A stretch of DNA of 64,000 bases from an uncultured bacterium (GCA_963801165.1 CAWDDT010000004.1:814637-878636), one strand, 5' to 3'; shown: positions 34,630 to 46,437, counted from the first letter of the stretch. Notes: a model not told the origin generated them from the sequence alone. Translations and numbers: made by a program.

Positions 34630-37600
34630 ATGCCGATACAGCTTCATGTAGCTCCGCATCCAGACGCGCTCGTCGATTTGCTCATCGACCGGCTTGCCGT
34701 CCCTCCCGAGGATCCGTTTGCGCCGGAGCTGATTGCGGTTCCGACCCGGGGTATCGAGCGGTGGCTGACGCAGCGGATCGCGCTCGGGTTCGCTGAGCGC
34801 GGGATTGGTGACGGGGTGGTCGCCAATGTCGAGTTTCCGTCGCCACGCCATCTGGTGCAACAGGTGCTTGCTGTTGTTCCCGACCTCGCCGCCTCTGCCG
34901 ATGCCTGGCAGACGGCCAACCTCACCTCTCACGTGCTCACCGCCATCGACCGGCATGTCGACGAGGCGTGGCTGCGGCTCATCCAGCGATACATCGACGG
35001 CCCCACCGGGCCCAACCGGCTCGGCGCCGCTACCAAGATCGCCCGGCTGTTCTCGACATACGCCAGGCGCCGTCCCGAGATGATCCGCTCCTGGGCAGAT
35101 GGCCAAGACGTCGGGCCTGCCGGTGAGCCGATCGACGCCGGGTACGCATGGCAGCCGACCCTGTGGCGGGCGGTGCGAGACGAGATCGGCATTCCGCCGC
35201 TCGCCAGTTTGCTGCCGGAAGGGCTCGACCCCATCCGCGACGGATCGATCGACCTCGACCTGCCCGACCGGCTCGCCGTGTACGGGCTCACCGCCACCGA
35301 TCCGCTCGACCTCCAGGTGCTCCGGGCACTCGGCGAGCAGCGGGATGTGGCCCTGTATGCGCTGCACCCCTCGCCGGGGCTGTGGCAGACGCTCGCGGCG
35401 GGCGGGCTGACGGTCATTTCCCGCGACGACGACCCCACCGCAGCCGCCCCGGTGCATCCGCTGCTCGGCTCATGGGGCAGAGACAGCCGTGAGCTACAGA
35501 CGGTGCTGAGCGATGCCGGGCTCGCATCCTCCCTGTCTAGCTCTGGGGATGAACAGCCGTTTGATGCCCTCCCCGGCGAGCCCCTTCGGGGCCGCCGACC
35601 CTCCCAAAGGGAGGGTGAATCTCCCTCTCCCTCTGGGAGAGGTCCCGAGCGAAGCGAAGGGGGTGAGGGCCTTGTGGTGCCGTCCGATATTCCCTCTCCC
35701 TCTGGGAGAGGTCCCGAGCGAAGCGATGCCGGTGAGGGCGTTGTACTGCCGGCCGGTCCGGGGATTCCCTCTCCCTTTGGGAGAGGTCCCGAGCGAAGCG
35801 AAGGGGGTGAGGGCCTTGTGGTGCCGTCCGATATTCCCTCTCCCTCTGGGAGAGGTGGCGAGCGAAGCGATGCCGGTGAGGGCCTTCGACTGCTCGCCCG
35901 GATCCAGGCCGACATCGAGAACAACCGCCCGGCAGAGCCCCAACCCGACCTGGCCGAAGCCGTCACCGCCGGCTCGGATCGCAGCGTGCAGATCCACGTC
36001 ACCTACGGGCCGCGTCGTCAGGTGGAGGTCACCCGCGACGTCATCCTGCACCTTCTCGCCGACGATCCGACCCTCGAGCCGCGTGACATCGTCGTCATGA
36101 CCCCCGACCTCGGCACCTTCGCCCCGTTGCTCGAAGCGGCCTTCCCCACAGGCGACCGCGACGACACCGATGGCATGCCCGACCTGCGGCTCCGCATCGC
36201 CGACCGTTCCCCGGCGGCGGTCAACCCGCTGGTGCGGTTCGCTGCCAGCGTGCTCGAGCTCGCCGACTCCCGCATGGAGGCCAACACCATCCGGCAACTG
36301 GTCACCCGCCCGGTGGTGCAGCAACGCTTCGGGTTCGACGTCGACACGGCGGCGGCCATCACCGGCATCATCAACGACAGCAACATCAGCTGGGGCCTCG
36401 ACTCCGACCACCGGGAGCAATGGGGCGCCGGGCACTTGCCCGACCGCACCTGGAGCCGCGGCCTCGACCGGGCGTTGACCGGCGTCTTTTACAGCGACGA
36501 CCCGGTGCGGGTGATCGACCGCACCGTGCCCCTCGACGGCGTCGAGGGGCAGGACGCCACTCCGGTGGGGCTGCTGGCCGCCCTCATCGACCGCATCGGT
36601 GCCATCCGGGACCTGCTCGCCAACGCGATGCCGATGTCGCAATGGGCGCAGGCGATCGCCGACAGCGTCCGGCTGCTGGCCAAACCCGGCTGGGACGACG
36701 AATGGCAGATTGGCCAGCTGGAGCGGCTGCTCGGCGAGACCTTCCCCGAGACCACACGGGACCCAACGCTCACCCTCGCCGAAGCCCGCCGGGCGATCGC
36801 CGGTTGGACCGAGACCCGGCCCAGCCCGCTGCACTTCCGCACCGGCGACGTCACCGTGTGCACGCTGGTGCCGATGCGCTCGGTGCCGTACCGGGTGGTG
36901 TGCCTGCTCGGCATGGACGACGAGCGCTTCCCCCGCTCCAGCCGCACCGACGGCGACGACCTGCTGGTGGGCGACGAGCGGGTTGGCGATTTCGACCGCA
37001 GCTCGGAGGATCGCCAGCTGCTGCTCGATGCGTTGATGGCGGCAAGCGACCACCTCGTCGTCACCTACTCGGGAAGGGACGAGCTCACCAACAGCGAGCT
37101 GCCCCCTGCGGTGCCCATCGCCGAGCTACGCGACACCCTCGACGACATGGTCGGACCCGACGGGCTCGCCGCCATCGTCACCCAACATCCGCTCCAGTCT
37201 TTCAGCACCGCCAACTTCACCCCCGGCGCCCTCGGTGTGCCAGGGCCGTTTGGTTTCGACGCCGCCGCCTTCGCCGGAGCCGGGGCGATCGCCACCGGCT
37301 CGACGACACCGCTTGTCGAGGCGGGCTGGCCCGACCCCGAGCCGATCGAGACTCTCGACCTCGGCGACCTGATCAAGTTTCTGCAACACCCGGCGCAACG
37401 TTTCCTGCAAACCCGGGTGGGCTATGTGGTGCCAAGGGCAGGTGAGGAGCCCGACGACACGCTGCCCGCCGACCTCGACGCACTCAGCAAGTGGAAGGTG
37501 AAAGAGCAGGTGCTGGACGGCCTGGTCGACGGGTACGCGCTCGATGCCCTTCAGCTGCGGCAACGGGTCGGCGACACGCTGCCGCCGGGGGCGCTCGGCG

Positions 37601-38256
37601 ACGATGATCTTGCCGATGCCGTCGCCGCAGCGAGCGCACTGTGGGAAGGAGCTCAGGAACGTTCCTACCACCGGCAACAGATGCGCACATACCTGGGGAG
37701 TCTCCCGATCGGCGGGGTGACGGTGGCGGGCAGCGTCCTGGGCGATCCGGGCGAGGCACACCTGGCCCGGGTTACGGCATCCACCATCAAGGGCAAGCAC
37801 CGGCTGCAGGCTTTCGTCGAGCTCGTGTTCCTGAGCGCGCTGGAGCCCGAGGTTGCGTGGGAGTCGTTCCTGCTGGGGAGACGGGGCTCGGGGCACCTCG
37901 CGGTGACGATCGGCCCGGTGGGCGGCGATCCCGACCAGCGCCGGCGGCGGTCTCTTGAGTTGCTGGCTGAGCTGGTTGCGCTGCATGCCGAAGGTATGCG
38001 GGAGCCGCTGCCGCTCCCGTGTCAGACCGCCTATGCCTGGCAGCGCAACGTCGGCTCCGATCGGGGCAAGGCTTTTGGTGAGGCGATGAAGGTCTGGGAG
38101 TCCGACCGATACGACCCGGAGGCGCAGGACCCGGCCTACCAGACGTTATTCGGGGGTGTTCTGTCGTTACGGGATTTGCTCGCCACCGACTTCGAGGACT
38201 ACTGCGCCAGGCTCTGGGGCCCGATCTTTCCTTTGATGCGGGAGCAGAGCATATGA
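34630..38256 (+). CDS. recC: Exodeoxyribonuclease V gamma subunit with in-frame palindromic-repeat insertion
   Basis: [54 protein letters not shown]; first gene of the recCBD operon. Confidence 0.93.
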   Translation: MPIQLHVAPHPDALVDLLIDRLAVPPEDPFAPELIAVPTRGIERWLTQRIALGFAERGIGDGVVANVEFPSPRHLVQQVLAVVPDLAASADAWQTANLTSHVLTAIDRHVDEAWLRLIQRYIDGPTGPNRLGAATKIARLFSTYARRRPEMIRSWADGQDVGPAGEPIDAGYAWQPTLWRAVRDEIGIPPLASLLPEGLDPIRDGSIDLDLPDRLAVYGLTATDPLDLQVLRALGEQRDVALYALHPSPGLWQTLAAGGLTVISRDDDPTAAAPVHPLLGSWGRDSRELQTVLSDAGLASSLSSSGDEQPFDALPGEPLRGRRPSQREGESPSPSGRGPERSEGGEGLVVPSDIPSPSGRGPERSDAGEGVVLPAGPGIPSPFGRGPERSEGGEGLVVPSDIPSPSGRGGERSDAGEGLRLLARIQADIENNRPAEPQPDLAEAVTAGSDRSVQIHVTYGPRRQVEVTRDVILHLLADDPTLEPRDIVVMTPDLGTFAPLLEAAFPTGDRDDTDGMPDLRLRIADRSPAAVNPLVRFAASVLELADSRMEANTIRQLVTRPVVQQRFGFDVDTAAAITGIINDSNISWGLDSDHREQWGAGHLPDRTWSRGLDRALTGVFYSDDPVRVIDRTVPLDGVEGQDATPVGLLAALIDRIGAIRDLLANAMPMSQWAQAIADSVRLLAKPGWDDEWQIGQLERLLGETFPETTRDPTLTLAEARRAIAGWTETRPSPLHFRTGDVTVCTLVPMRSVPYRVVCLLGMDDERFPRSSRTDGDDLLVGDERVGDFDRSSEDRQLLLDALMAASDHLVVTYSGRDELTNSELPPAVPIAELRDTLDDMVGPDGLAAIVTQHPLQSFSTANFTPGALGVPGPFGFDAAAFAGAGAIATGSTTPLVEAGWPDPEPIETLDLGDLIKFLQHPAQRFLQTRVGYVVPRAGEEPDDTLPADLDALSKWKVKEQVLDGLVDGYALDALQLRQRVGDTLPPGALGDDDLADAVAAASALWEGAQERSYHRQQMRTYLGSLPIGGVTVAGSVLGDPGEAHLARVTASTIKGKHRLQAFVELVFLSALEPEVAWESFLLGRRGSGHLAVTIGPVGGDPDQRRRRSLELLAELVALHAEGMREPLPLPCQTAYAWQRNVGSDRGKAFGEAMKVWESDRYDPEAQDPAYQTLFGGVLSLRDLLATDFEDYCARLWGPIFPLMREQSI
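35567..35883 (+). repeat. REP-like palindrome cluster inside recC
   Basis: CCCTCTCCCTYTGGGAGAGG..CGAGCGAAGCGA..GGTGAGGG units at 35623, 35692, 35767 and 35836, plus a CCCTCCCAAAGGGAGGG hairpin. Confidence 0.92.
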
Positions 38257-41200
38257 CCGCCTTCTCCGAATTCGACCCCCGTGAGCCACTAAGCGAAGGC
38301 CGCACCGTCATCGAAGCCAGCGCCGGCACCGGCAAGACCTTCGCCATCTCCGCCCTGGTAACCCGCCTCATCGCAGAGGAAGGCCTCCCCCTAGAAGAGA
38401 TCCTGGTAGTCACCTTCACCAGAGCCGCCACCGCCGAACTACGAGCAAGGGTCCGCGACCGAATCCTGCTGACGCTCCGTGCGCTAGAAGCGGCGGGCGC
38501 CGCTCGCTTCCTCGCCCTCGACCGGGCTGAGCCCGGTCGATCCCCCCGAAATGGGGGGATTACTGCTGGTTCCGAAGCCGGTGGCCCCGCTATTTCCTCT
38601 CCCTTTGGGAGAGGTGGCGAGCGAAGCGGAGCTGGTGTGCCCGGTTCTTTCCCTCTACCTGGGTGAGGCTGGGACTGGTGGGACGCTGACCGGGCTGTGC
38701 CCGGTTCTTTTCCTCTCCCTTTGGGGAGGTGCCTGCGTGGGAGCTGAAGGGTGTGCCCGGTTCTTTCCCTCTCCCTTCGGGTGAGGTGCCTGAGGGGAGT
38801 GAGCTGGTGTGCCGGTTCTTTCCCTCTCCCTTTGGGTGGGGCTGCGCTGGCCGGGAGCTGAGGGTGAGCCCGGTTCTTTCCCCTCGCCTTCGGGTGAGGT
38901 GACCTGGTGGGTAGTCCGAAGCCGGTGGCTCAGCAGTAACCCTCCCCTTGCGGGAGGGTCGAGGGAACGCCAGCGACCGAGGGGAGGGGAGGGCGAACCA
39001 CGCTGGAACGTCGTCCGAGACCCAAACTCCGAACCAGTCAGACGAACATGTCGCAGTCCTCCTCCAGGCCGACCCGGCCACCCGCGACCTGTACGCCACC
39101 CGCCTCCGCCAGGCGCTGACGCATTTCGACCGTGCCCAGATCTTCACCATCCACGGGTTCGCCCAGCGGCTGCTCGGCCAGCTCGGGTTGCGGGCCCGCC
39201 TCTCACCCGACCTGGAGCCGGGGGAGCCCGACGAGTTGCTGTTGACCCAGACCGCAAGCGACCTGATCGTCGGCCGCTACGCAGACAACGCCGCCGAGCA
39301 GCCCCCCAAGTTCAGCGACGTGGTTGGTGTTGCCCGTGCCGTCATCGGCACGCCGGACGCCCGCATCGTCCCCGACCCGGACGACGTCGACGGTGCGGCG
39401 AGGGCCCGGGTGGAGCTGGCACACGCCATGCGCACCGAGGTGCACCGCCGGATGCAGGCGCAGGGCCAGGTGACCTACGACGATGGGCTGCTCGAGGTAC
39501 GGGACACCCTCGGTGACCCGGAGGTGGGTGCCGCCGCCCGTGAGGTGTTGATGCGCCGCTATGCGGTGGCGCTTGTGGACGAGTCGCAGGACACCGACCC
39601 CATCCAGTGGCAGGTGATCCGGGCGATCTTCGACGAGTCCCGGCTGGTGGTGATCGGCGACCCGAAGCAGTCGATATACAGCTTCCGTGGCGCCGACATC
39701 GAGTCATACCTGGCCGCCCTCGACGGCGCCGACTCGCTGCGGACGTTGCGGACCAACTGGCGCAGCGACGGCGGGCTGCTGGTCGGCCTCGATGCGTTGT
39801 TCGATGAGGCCAGCTTCGGCGACGACCGGATTCGCTATCTCCCGGTGCAGCCGGCCCCGGGCCACGAGCACGCCCGCATCACCGGCATCGCGGCACCGCT
39901 GTCGATCCGTCGCTTCGGCACCGGCATCCCCATCAACAAAGCGAGGAAGGGCGTCTTCTACATCAACGACGCCCGCCAGATGGTGGCCGCCGATGTCGCC
40001 GCCGAAATCGTCCGTCTGCTCACCTCGGGAGTGACCATCACCGGCCCCGACGGGCCGCGGCCGCTGCGTCCCGACGACATTGCGGTGCTGTGCCGCACCC
40101 GTCGCCAGGTGGACATGGTGCGTGGCGAGCTGACCCGTCGTGCGGTGCCGTCGGTGGCGGCCCGCACCGGGGGAGTGCTCGCCTCGGCCGCCGCCGAGGA
40201 GTGGCGGCGATTCCTGCACGGCGTCGAAGCCGCCGAGCGGATGGACCGGGTCAAGCTGGCGGCCAGCTCGCTGCTCGTCGGGTACACGCCGCAGCAGATC
40301 GCCGCCCTCAGCGACGAGGAGGCGCTGGAGCTGCAACGCCGGATGCAGCAGTGGCGGGAGCTTCTATACAACGACGGGATCCCGGCGCTGGTGGCAGCCG
40401 TCGACCGGTTCTGCGGGCTGTCGGCACGGGTGCTGACGGTGCCGGACGGGGAGCGGATCATGACCGACCTCACCCACATTGCCGAGGAGTTGCATGCGGT
40501 GTGGCGGCGGCGCCGGATCGGCTCGCTGGTGGGGTGGCTGGAGACGGCGATGGCCGAGGCGGCCCAGCGGGAGCTGACCGGCGCCGAGGAGGCCGAGTCC
40601 CGGCAGCGTCGTCTCGAGACCGACGCCGATGCGGTGCAGGTGCAGACCGTCCACGCCGCCAAGGGTTTGCAGTGGCCGGTGGTGATGGTGCCGTACGGGT
40701 GGGATGCCCCGGCCCGGCGTTATCCCATCCCGGTGTTCCACTCCGACGAGCCGACCGCCGTGGGTGACGCCAGGGAGCGACTCATCGACGTCGGAGGCAA
40801 TGGCGCCCCCGGCTTCGCCGACCATGTGCACCGGGCATCGGCCGAGGATGCCGGTGAGGAGGCCAGGCTGTTGTATGTGGCGTTGACCAGGGCCGAGCAT
40901 CACCTGGTGGCGTGGTGGGTGGAGAACACCGACAACACGCCGAACTCGAAGCTGGACGAGCTGCTCACCGGCGACGACCGCACCCTCGACGGACTGGTCG
41001 AGATCGCAGGCGGCAACATCGGGGTGGTGATGGTGAACGATCGCCCATCCACTACCCGGTACCGCCCGGCGGCGCCACAGCCGCAGCGTCTGGAGCGGGC
41101 CCGGCTCGATCGCCGCCTCGACTACGACTGGCGGCGGGCCTCGTTCTCATCGTTGTCGCCGGAGCACCCCATCGGGGCCGCCACCGACACCGCCGAGCCC

Positions 41201-42065
41201 ACCAAGGCGGACGAGTCCGACTTCGCCGTCGAACCGGAGGAGGAGCCCGTCGCCGGGGAGTCGTCGTTGCCGATGGCGGAGCTGCCCCGCGGCGCCCGCT
41301 TCGGCACGCTGGTGCACCACATCTTCGAGCAGGTGCCGTTCGACGCCCCGGACCTGGAAGCGGCGATCCGGGAAACGGCGGAGGAGGCGTTGCGGCTGGC
41401 CGCCTGGGACATCGACCTCGACACGCTCACCGCGGCGGTGCTGGCGGCGATGGAGACCCCGCTCGGCCCCGATCCGGCGTCACCCCGGTTGCGGGACCTC
41501 GATGCCGCACCGGGTATTCGACGAGCTGACCTTCGAGCTGCCGGTCCGCACCGACCGGGGCACGGTGTCGCTGCGGGACATCGGCGATGTGATGCTCGAG
41601 CACCTCGACCCCGCCGACCCGTTCCGCCGCTACGCCGAGACCCTGCACACCATGCCGCAGACCCGGTTCCGCGGGTTCCTCACCGGCGCCATCGACCTGA
41701 CCGCAGTGATGCCCGGCGAGCGCTACGTGGTGATGGACTACAAGACCAACGCCCTCCCGACGCGAAGCGACGCCCCGGCCGCACCCGACTACGGCCCGCA
41801 CCAGCTGACCACAGCGATGATCGACGGCAACTACGTGCTCCAGGCCACCCTCTATCAGGTGGCCCTGCACCGCTACCTCCAGTGGCGTCTCGCCGGCTAC
41901 GACCCGGCCCGCCACCTGGGAGGCGCCATGTATCTGTTCGTCCGCGGCATGGCCGGCCGGGATGCCCCGGTGGTTGACGGCGAACGCTGCGGCGTAGCCC
42001 GCTGGACCCCACCCCCGGAGATGATTGTTGCCCTCAGCCGCCTGTTCGCAGGAGACGCCCAATGA
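38253..42065 (+). CDS. recB: Exodeoxyribonuclease V beta subunit, interrupted by a palindromic-repeat insertion (~38500-39040) and a frameshift at ~41510
   Basis: EASAGTGKT, VVTFTRAATAEL, TIHGF, VDESQDTD, IGDPKQSIYSFRGAD, TVHAAKGL, YVALTRA; nuclease motif GAIDL..DYKTN. Confidence 0.9.
38515..39000 (+). repeat. REP-like palindrome cluster inside recB
   Basis: GATCCCCCCGAAATGGGGGGAT, CCTCTCCCTTTGGGAGAGG, five degenerate ~57-nt CCGGTTCTTTCCCTCTCCC units, CCCTCCCCTTGCGGGAGGG. Confidence 0.88.
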
Positions 42066-44461
42066 CGCCCCGCATCGCCCTGGCAACAGAACGCCCCTGG
42101 CTGGTGGTAGCGGCAGACGGCCTGCTGGCGACGTTCAACGACGCCGGTGTCCTCAACCCGCTGGACGTCAAGGCCGCCCAAACCATCGCCCGCCTCCTCG
42201 GCGAAACCGACGACCGCGTGCTCCTGGCCGCAGCGCTGGCCGTCCGCGGCACCAGATACGGCCACGTATGCATCCGCCTCGACACAGTCAGAGACGCGGT
42301 AGCAGTAGACGGCCAGGACCCCGAAGAAATCGAGCACCTGCCCTGGCCCGAAACAGAGCCCTGGGCGGAGGCAGTACAAGCAAGCCCCCTGGTAACCAAC
42401 ACCGACCCCCCACTGGTCTACGAGCAAGGCCGCCTATACCTAGCCCGCTACCACCACTACGAACAACAGGTAGCCAACCTCCTCCTATCCCGCCTTTCGC
42501 CGGTTCTTCCCTCTCCCTTTGGGAGAGGTGCCGAGCGAAGCGAAGGCGGTGAGGGCCTTAGTGAGCAGAAGCCGGGATTGGTGATGCGGCACAGAGGGAT
42601 GCCCGCCCAGCAACCCTCCCCTTGCGGGAGGGTCGAGGGAGCGTCAGCGAGCGAGGGGAGGGGAGGCCGGACGGCGGTGGGGTGGTTGGTACCGGTGATG
42701 GCGGAGCAGCAACCATCCCCTTGCGGGAGGGTCGAGGGACCGTCAGCGAGCGAGGGGAGGGGAGGCCGGACGGCGGTGAAGTGGTTGGTACGGGTGACGG
42801 CGGAGCAGTAACCCTCCCCTTGCGGGAGGGTCGAGGGAGCGTCAGCGAGCGAGGGGAGGGGAGGCCGGACGGCGGTGATGGCCCTTCCCCCCTCGACCGG
42901 GCTGCGCCCGGCCCCGGTTCCGGAGCGGAGGGGGAAACAGCTGGTGGCCCCACTATTTCCTCTCCCTTTGGGAGAGGTGGCGAGCGCAGCGAAGCCGGTG
43001 AGGGCATCCCGTCTGAAGCGAGCGGCGCTCAACCAGACGAAGCCGGTGGCCCCGCTATTTCCTCTCCCTCTGGGAGAGGTGGCGAGCGAAGCGAAGGCGG
43101 TGAGGGCCTTGTGCAAGCAATCCCCCCGAGTTCCCACTCCGTTCTCGCCCGTCTCCTCGGCGCAGACACCCGCCAACACCAGGCCGCAATGTTGGCGCTC
43201 ACCAGCCGTGTGACGGTAATCGCCGGAGGCCCCGGCACCGGCAAGACCCACACCATCGCCGCGCTCCTCGCCGCGTTGGCGGCGGGCGACGAGTTCCCCA
43301 CAGTCGCGGTAGCCGCCCCCACCGGCAAAGCCGCAGCCCGCCTCGGCGAAGCGCTGGACGCAATGGCTCACGAAGTAGCCGACGACCGCATCGCAACCCG
43401 CCTGGCAACCGTCGTGCCGAGCACCATCCACCGCCTCCTCGGCTGGACCTGGGACCGGGCCCGTTTCGCCCACAATGAGCGAAATCGTCTCCCTCACGAC
43501 CTGGTGATAGTCGATGAGATGTCGATGGTCTCGCTCCCGATGGCCGCCAAGCTCCTGGCGGCGGTGCGTGACGATGCGACGGTGGTGCTGTTAGGCGACC
43601 CCGACCAGCTGGAGTCGATCGAGGCCGGCACCGTACTGGCTGACATAGTCAGCGCCGGCCAGCGAGCAAGGAATACCCATCGCCAACCACGTGGTGGTGC
43701 TCGACCGAGTCCACCGTTTCGAGGAAGACAGCGCCATAGCCGACTTCGCCGCAGCGGTCCGCGATGGCAACGCCGATGAAGCGATCGAGCTGTTGCGGGC
43801 CGGCAGCGATCATGTCACCTGGGCCGGGGATCGCCAGTCCAGAGTCTTCGACGAGATCTGGTCCCGCCTCATAGACCAACGCATCCGCCTGGTAGAGCTG
43901 GCCGGCGACGGCGACGGCCCTGGAGCCCTGGCAGCGCTGAACGAGCTTGCCGTGTTGTGTGCCCGCCGCAATGGCCCGCAAGGCGTGTCGGGTTGGGGCC
44001 GCGAGATCGAACGTGCCCTGGATGAGCGATTCACCGGTTTGCGCTGGGGGAGCGACTGGTACCCGGGCCGCCCGGTGATGATCACCAAGAACGATTACAG
44101 CCAGGACCTGTGGAACGGCGACATCGGCGTGTGCGTGGAGACGCCGGACGGCATGCGGGTGCTGTTCGACCGCGCCGGCGGCCGGGAGCTACTACCCAGC
44201 CACCTGGGCGAGCACACCACGGTGCACGCCATGACGATCCACAAGAGCCAGGGCTCCCAATTCGACGAGGTAGCGGTGGTCCTCCCCAGCGAGTCGTCCC
44301 GCCTGCTGACCCGGGAGCTGCTGTACACAGCGGTGACCAGGGCGAGAACCCGGGTCAACATCATCGGCAGCGAAGACGTGGTCCGGGCGGCTGTGGAGCG
44401 CTCGGTGCAACGGGCATCAGGACTCGGTGCGCGGCTAGCCAAAGTCGCCACGGAACGCTGA
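42062..44461 (+). CDS. recD: Exodeoxyribonuclease V alpha subunit with palindromic-repeat insertion (frameshifts ~42565 and ~43670)
   Basis: GHVC, RLYLARY, GGPGTGKT, APTGKAAARL, TIHRLLG, VDEMSMV, NGDIG, AMTIHKSQGSQF, LLYTAVTRA. Confidence 0.9.
42500..43108 (+). repeat. REP-like palindrome cluster inside recD
   Basis: Three 99-nt-spaced CCCTCCCCTTGCGGGAGGG-type units (42610, 42709, 42808) and three CCTCTCCC..GGGAGAGG units (~42510, 42959, 43061). Confidence 0.92.
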
Positions 44462-44525
44462 TAGCTCGCGAACCGCGGCTCGCTCGACGAATGACGGGAG
44501 CACCGGCGTTTGATCCGTGGCCCGC

Positions 44526-44699
44526 TCAGGTGAGGAGCTGTGCCGGGTCGAGGGTGACTTCGGCCGGGCCTGCGTCGAGTGTGACCTCGGACCCCGGGCG
44601 GTGGATTGCCTGCTCGACAAACATTGAGTCGGCCAGGCCGTACACGGTGATCTCGGGTCCTCGAGGGTCGATGATCCAGTAGCGCTCGAGGCCGGCGGC
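44526..44699 (-). pseudogene. Uma2 C-terminal remnant (copy 4)
   Basis: [17 protein letters not shown]...TLDAGPAEVTLDPAQLLT*; palindromes lie where the 5' part would be. Confidence 0.85.
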
Positions 44700-44722
44700 T
44701 GACCCTGGGTGTTCTGGACATG

Positions 44723-44849
44723 CCCTCCCCGGCCAGCCCTGCGGGCGGCCGACCCTCCCAAAGGGAGGGTGAACCATTGAGAGAAGCGGATGCGCCGGAG
44801 GTTCCTCTCCCTTGGGAGAGGTCCCGAGCGAAGCGAAGGGGGTGAGGGC
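44723..44849 (+). repeat. REP-like palindrome pair
   Basis: Same two element types, in the same order, as at 35567-35670 in recC. Confidence 0.88.
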
Positions 44850-44886
44850 CTCAGTAGACGATCCCGATGAGCCGGCCTTGCATCCC

Positions 44887-44939
44887 GCACTTATCACTAT
44901 GAAACATACCAACAAGGTATGTTCTGTTATAGTAAGTGC
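44887..44939 (+). promoter_or_regulatory. Inverted-repeat operator and leaderless promoter of the AbiE module
   Basis: GCACTTA..TAAGTGC and AACATACC..GGTATGTT arms; TGnTATAGT lies 6 nt before ATG 44940. Confidence 0.65.
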
Positions 44940-45656
44940 ATGATCTTGAGTTTGCTGGCGCACGGGAACCGGGTGTTGCGGCCCCAGGATGCCGCCGGGC
45001 TGTACGCCGAGCCCAGCAAGGAGTTTGCCCGGCTGGCCGATGCGGGCGTGCTGCTGCGGCTCTCTCATGGCTATTACGCGGTAGTGCCGGAGGAGCGGCG
45101 ATCGGCGGCCTGGCGTCCCACGGTCGAAGGCGTTGCTCTCGGCGTGGCAATTGCCGACTACTCGACAGACGCGGTGGCGTTGATGGGCGTGTCGGCCGCT
45201 CGAGTCCTGGGATGGGTGCCCCGCGCCATGGCTGGTGCCGTGGTGGGCGTGCCCAAACAGCGTCCGGCTCGACAAACCCCGGTTGGCCCGATCACCTTTG
45301 TGATGCGCGATGTGGGGAGGCTCGAGGTCCAGGTCGTAGAAACAGATCTGGTCCGGGGGTTCGCCACGACTGCCGAGCAGACCGCACTGGATATCGCCCA
45401 CCGGCCGGGTCGCGGCGGGGTTGGTCCGGCAATGGCGGTTGAGACTCTGACCGTCCTCGCCGAGCACCTCGACTGGGATGTAGTTGCCGACCTCACCACA
45501 CGCCAGCGGAAGCACTCGGCAGCAGCCCGGCTGGCATGGATCGCATCGGCGGTCGTCGATCCGCCTTCTTTGCCGCGGCCCCGCAAGCCCGTTTCGTCGC
45601 TCGGGTTGCGTCCGAGGGGCACCAGGCCGGCCGCTGATTTCGGGGTCGTCGAATGA
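44940..45656 (+). CDS. Type IV TA AbiEi-family antitoxin
   Basis: RLADAGVLLRLSHGYY wHTH, SAA..LG, TTAEQTALD motifs. Confidence 0.82.
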   Translation: MILSLLAHGNRVLRPQDAAGLYAEPSKEFARLADAGVLLRLSHGYYAVVPEERRSAAWRPTVEGVALGVAIADYSTDAVALMGVSAARVLGWVPRAMAGAVVGVPKQRPARQTPVGPITFVMRDVGRLEVQVVETDLVRGFATTAEQTALDIAHRPGRGGVGPAMAVETLTVLAEHLDWDVVADLTTRQRKHSAAARLAWIASAVVDPPSLPRPRKPVSSLGLRPRGTRPAADFGVVE

Positions 45657-46396
45657 TCACCCCGGACGAGGTGGCCGGCCAAGCCGGACGATGGGGTGTG
45701 GCGCCGAGCCAGATCGAGAAAGATCACATGATCTCGCATCTGCTCGCCGCCATTGCAGAGACGGGCTTCCCTTGCCGGTTCTACGGCGGGACGGCGCTGA
45801 ATCGGAGCCACGTCGCCGGCGGCCGTCTCTCTGAGGACATCGACCTGATGGTGGATGACATCTCTGTCGATGTTGGTGCGGTGCTCCGTCGTCCGCTGCT
45901 TCGCCATGTGGGCGACACGACCTGGGAGCTGAGGTCTCGTCGCACCTGGATGCGGACATACGACGTGACGGCGCTGGGCACCTCGGTCCAGCTGCAACTG
46001 GTGCGGTTCGATCGGGACGATCGGCGTTGGGGCTGGGAACAGCGGCCCGTCGAACTCCGCTACTCGTGTCTTCCGGATCATGTTGTCATGAATCTGCCGG
46101 TACGCGACGGATTCGTCGCGATGAAGTTGAACGCCTACACGGAAAGGTGGGCGCCACGCGATCTGATGGACCTTGCCAATCTGGCCGGTCGGGGTGCGAT
46201 CACCGCCCGGGCGGTGGCGCGCTATCGCCACGCCACCGGAAGAGGTGTGTCGCTGGATGACTTCGCTTCCGTCCGCAGGCCGACACGTGCCGAGTGGAAC
46301 ACGGAGCTGGGACATCAGATGGCCGAACCGGGGGAACCGGAGGAAGCGGTGCAGATCGTCCACGACGCGTTGGCGTCGGCAGCTCGATCTGCGTGA
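45653..46396 (+). CDS. Type IV TA AbiEii/AbiGii nucleotidyltransferase toxin
   Basis: IEKD, FYGGTAL, RLSEDIDL, K..A..ER..PRDLMDL. Confidence 0.88.
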   Translation: MITPDEVAGQAGRWGVAPSQIEKDHMISHLLAAIAETGFPCRFYGGTALNRSHVAGGRLSEDIDLMVDDISVDVGAVLRRPLLRHVGDTTWELRSRRTWMRTYDVTALGTSVQLQLVRFDRDDRRWGWEQRPVELRYSCLPDHVVMNLPVRDGFVAMKLNAYTERWAPRDLMDLANLAGRGAITARAVARYRHATGRGVSLDDFASVRRPTRAEWNTELGHQMAEPGEPEEAVQIVHDALASAARSA

Positions 46397-46437
46397 CAAT
46401 CCGGTCGCAACAGACCGCATCGTTGGCGAACGGGCTC

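Noticed and set aside
33910-35457. 515-aa Uma2 fusion ORF and other long antisense ORFs (e.g. 30804..32594, 35494..37053, 44526..45515)
   Set aside because: Shadow ORFs on the opposite strand of real genes in GC-rich DNA; Uma2 starts are fixed by paralogue alignment.
35540-43130. Inteins or self-splicing introns in recC/recB/recD
   Set aside because: No C/S...HN intein termini, homing endonuclease or group I/II intron features; the inserts consist of short palindromic repeats.
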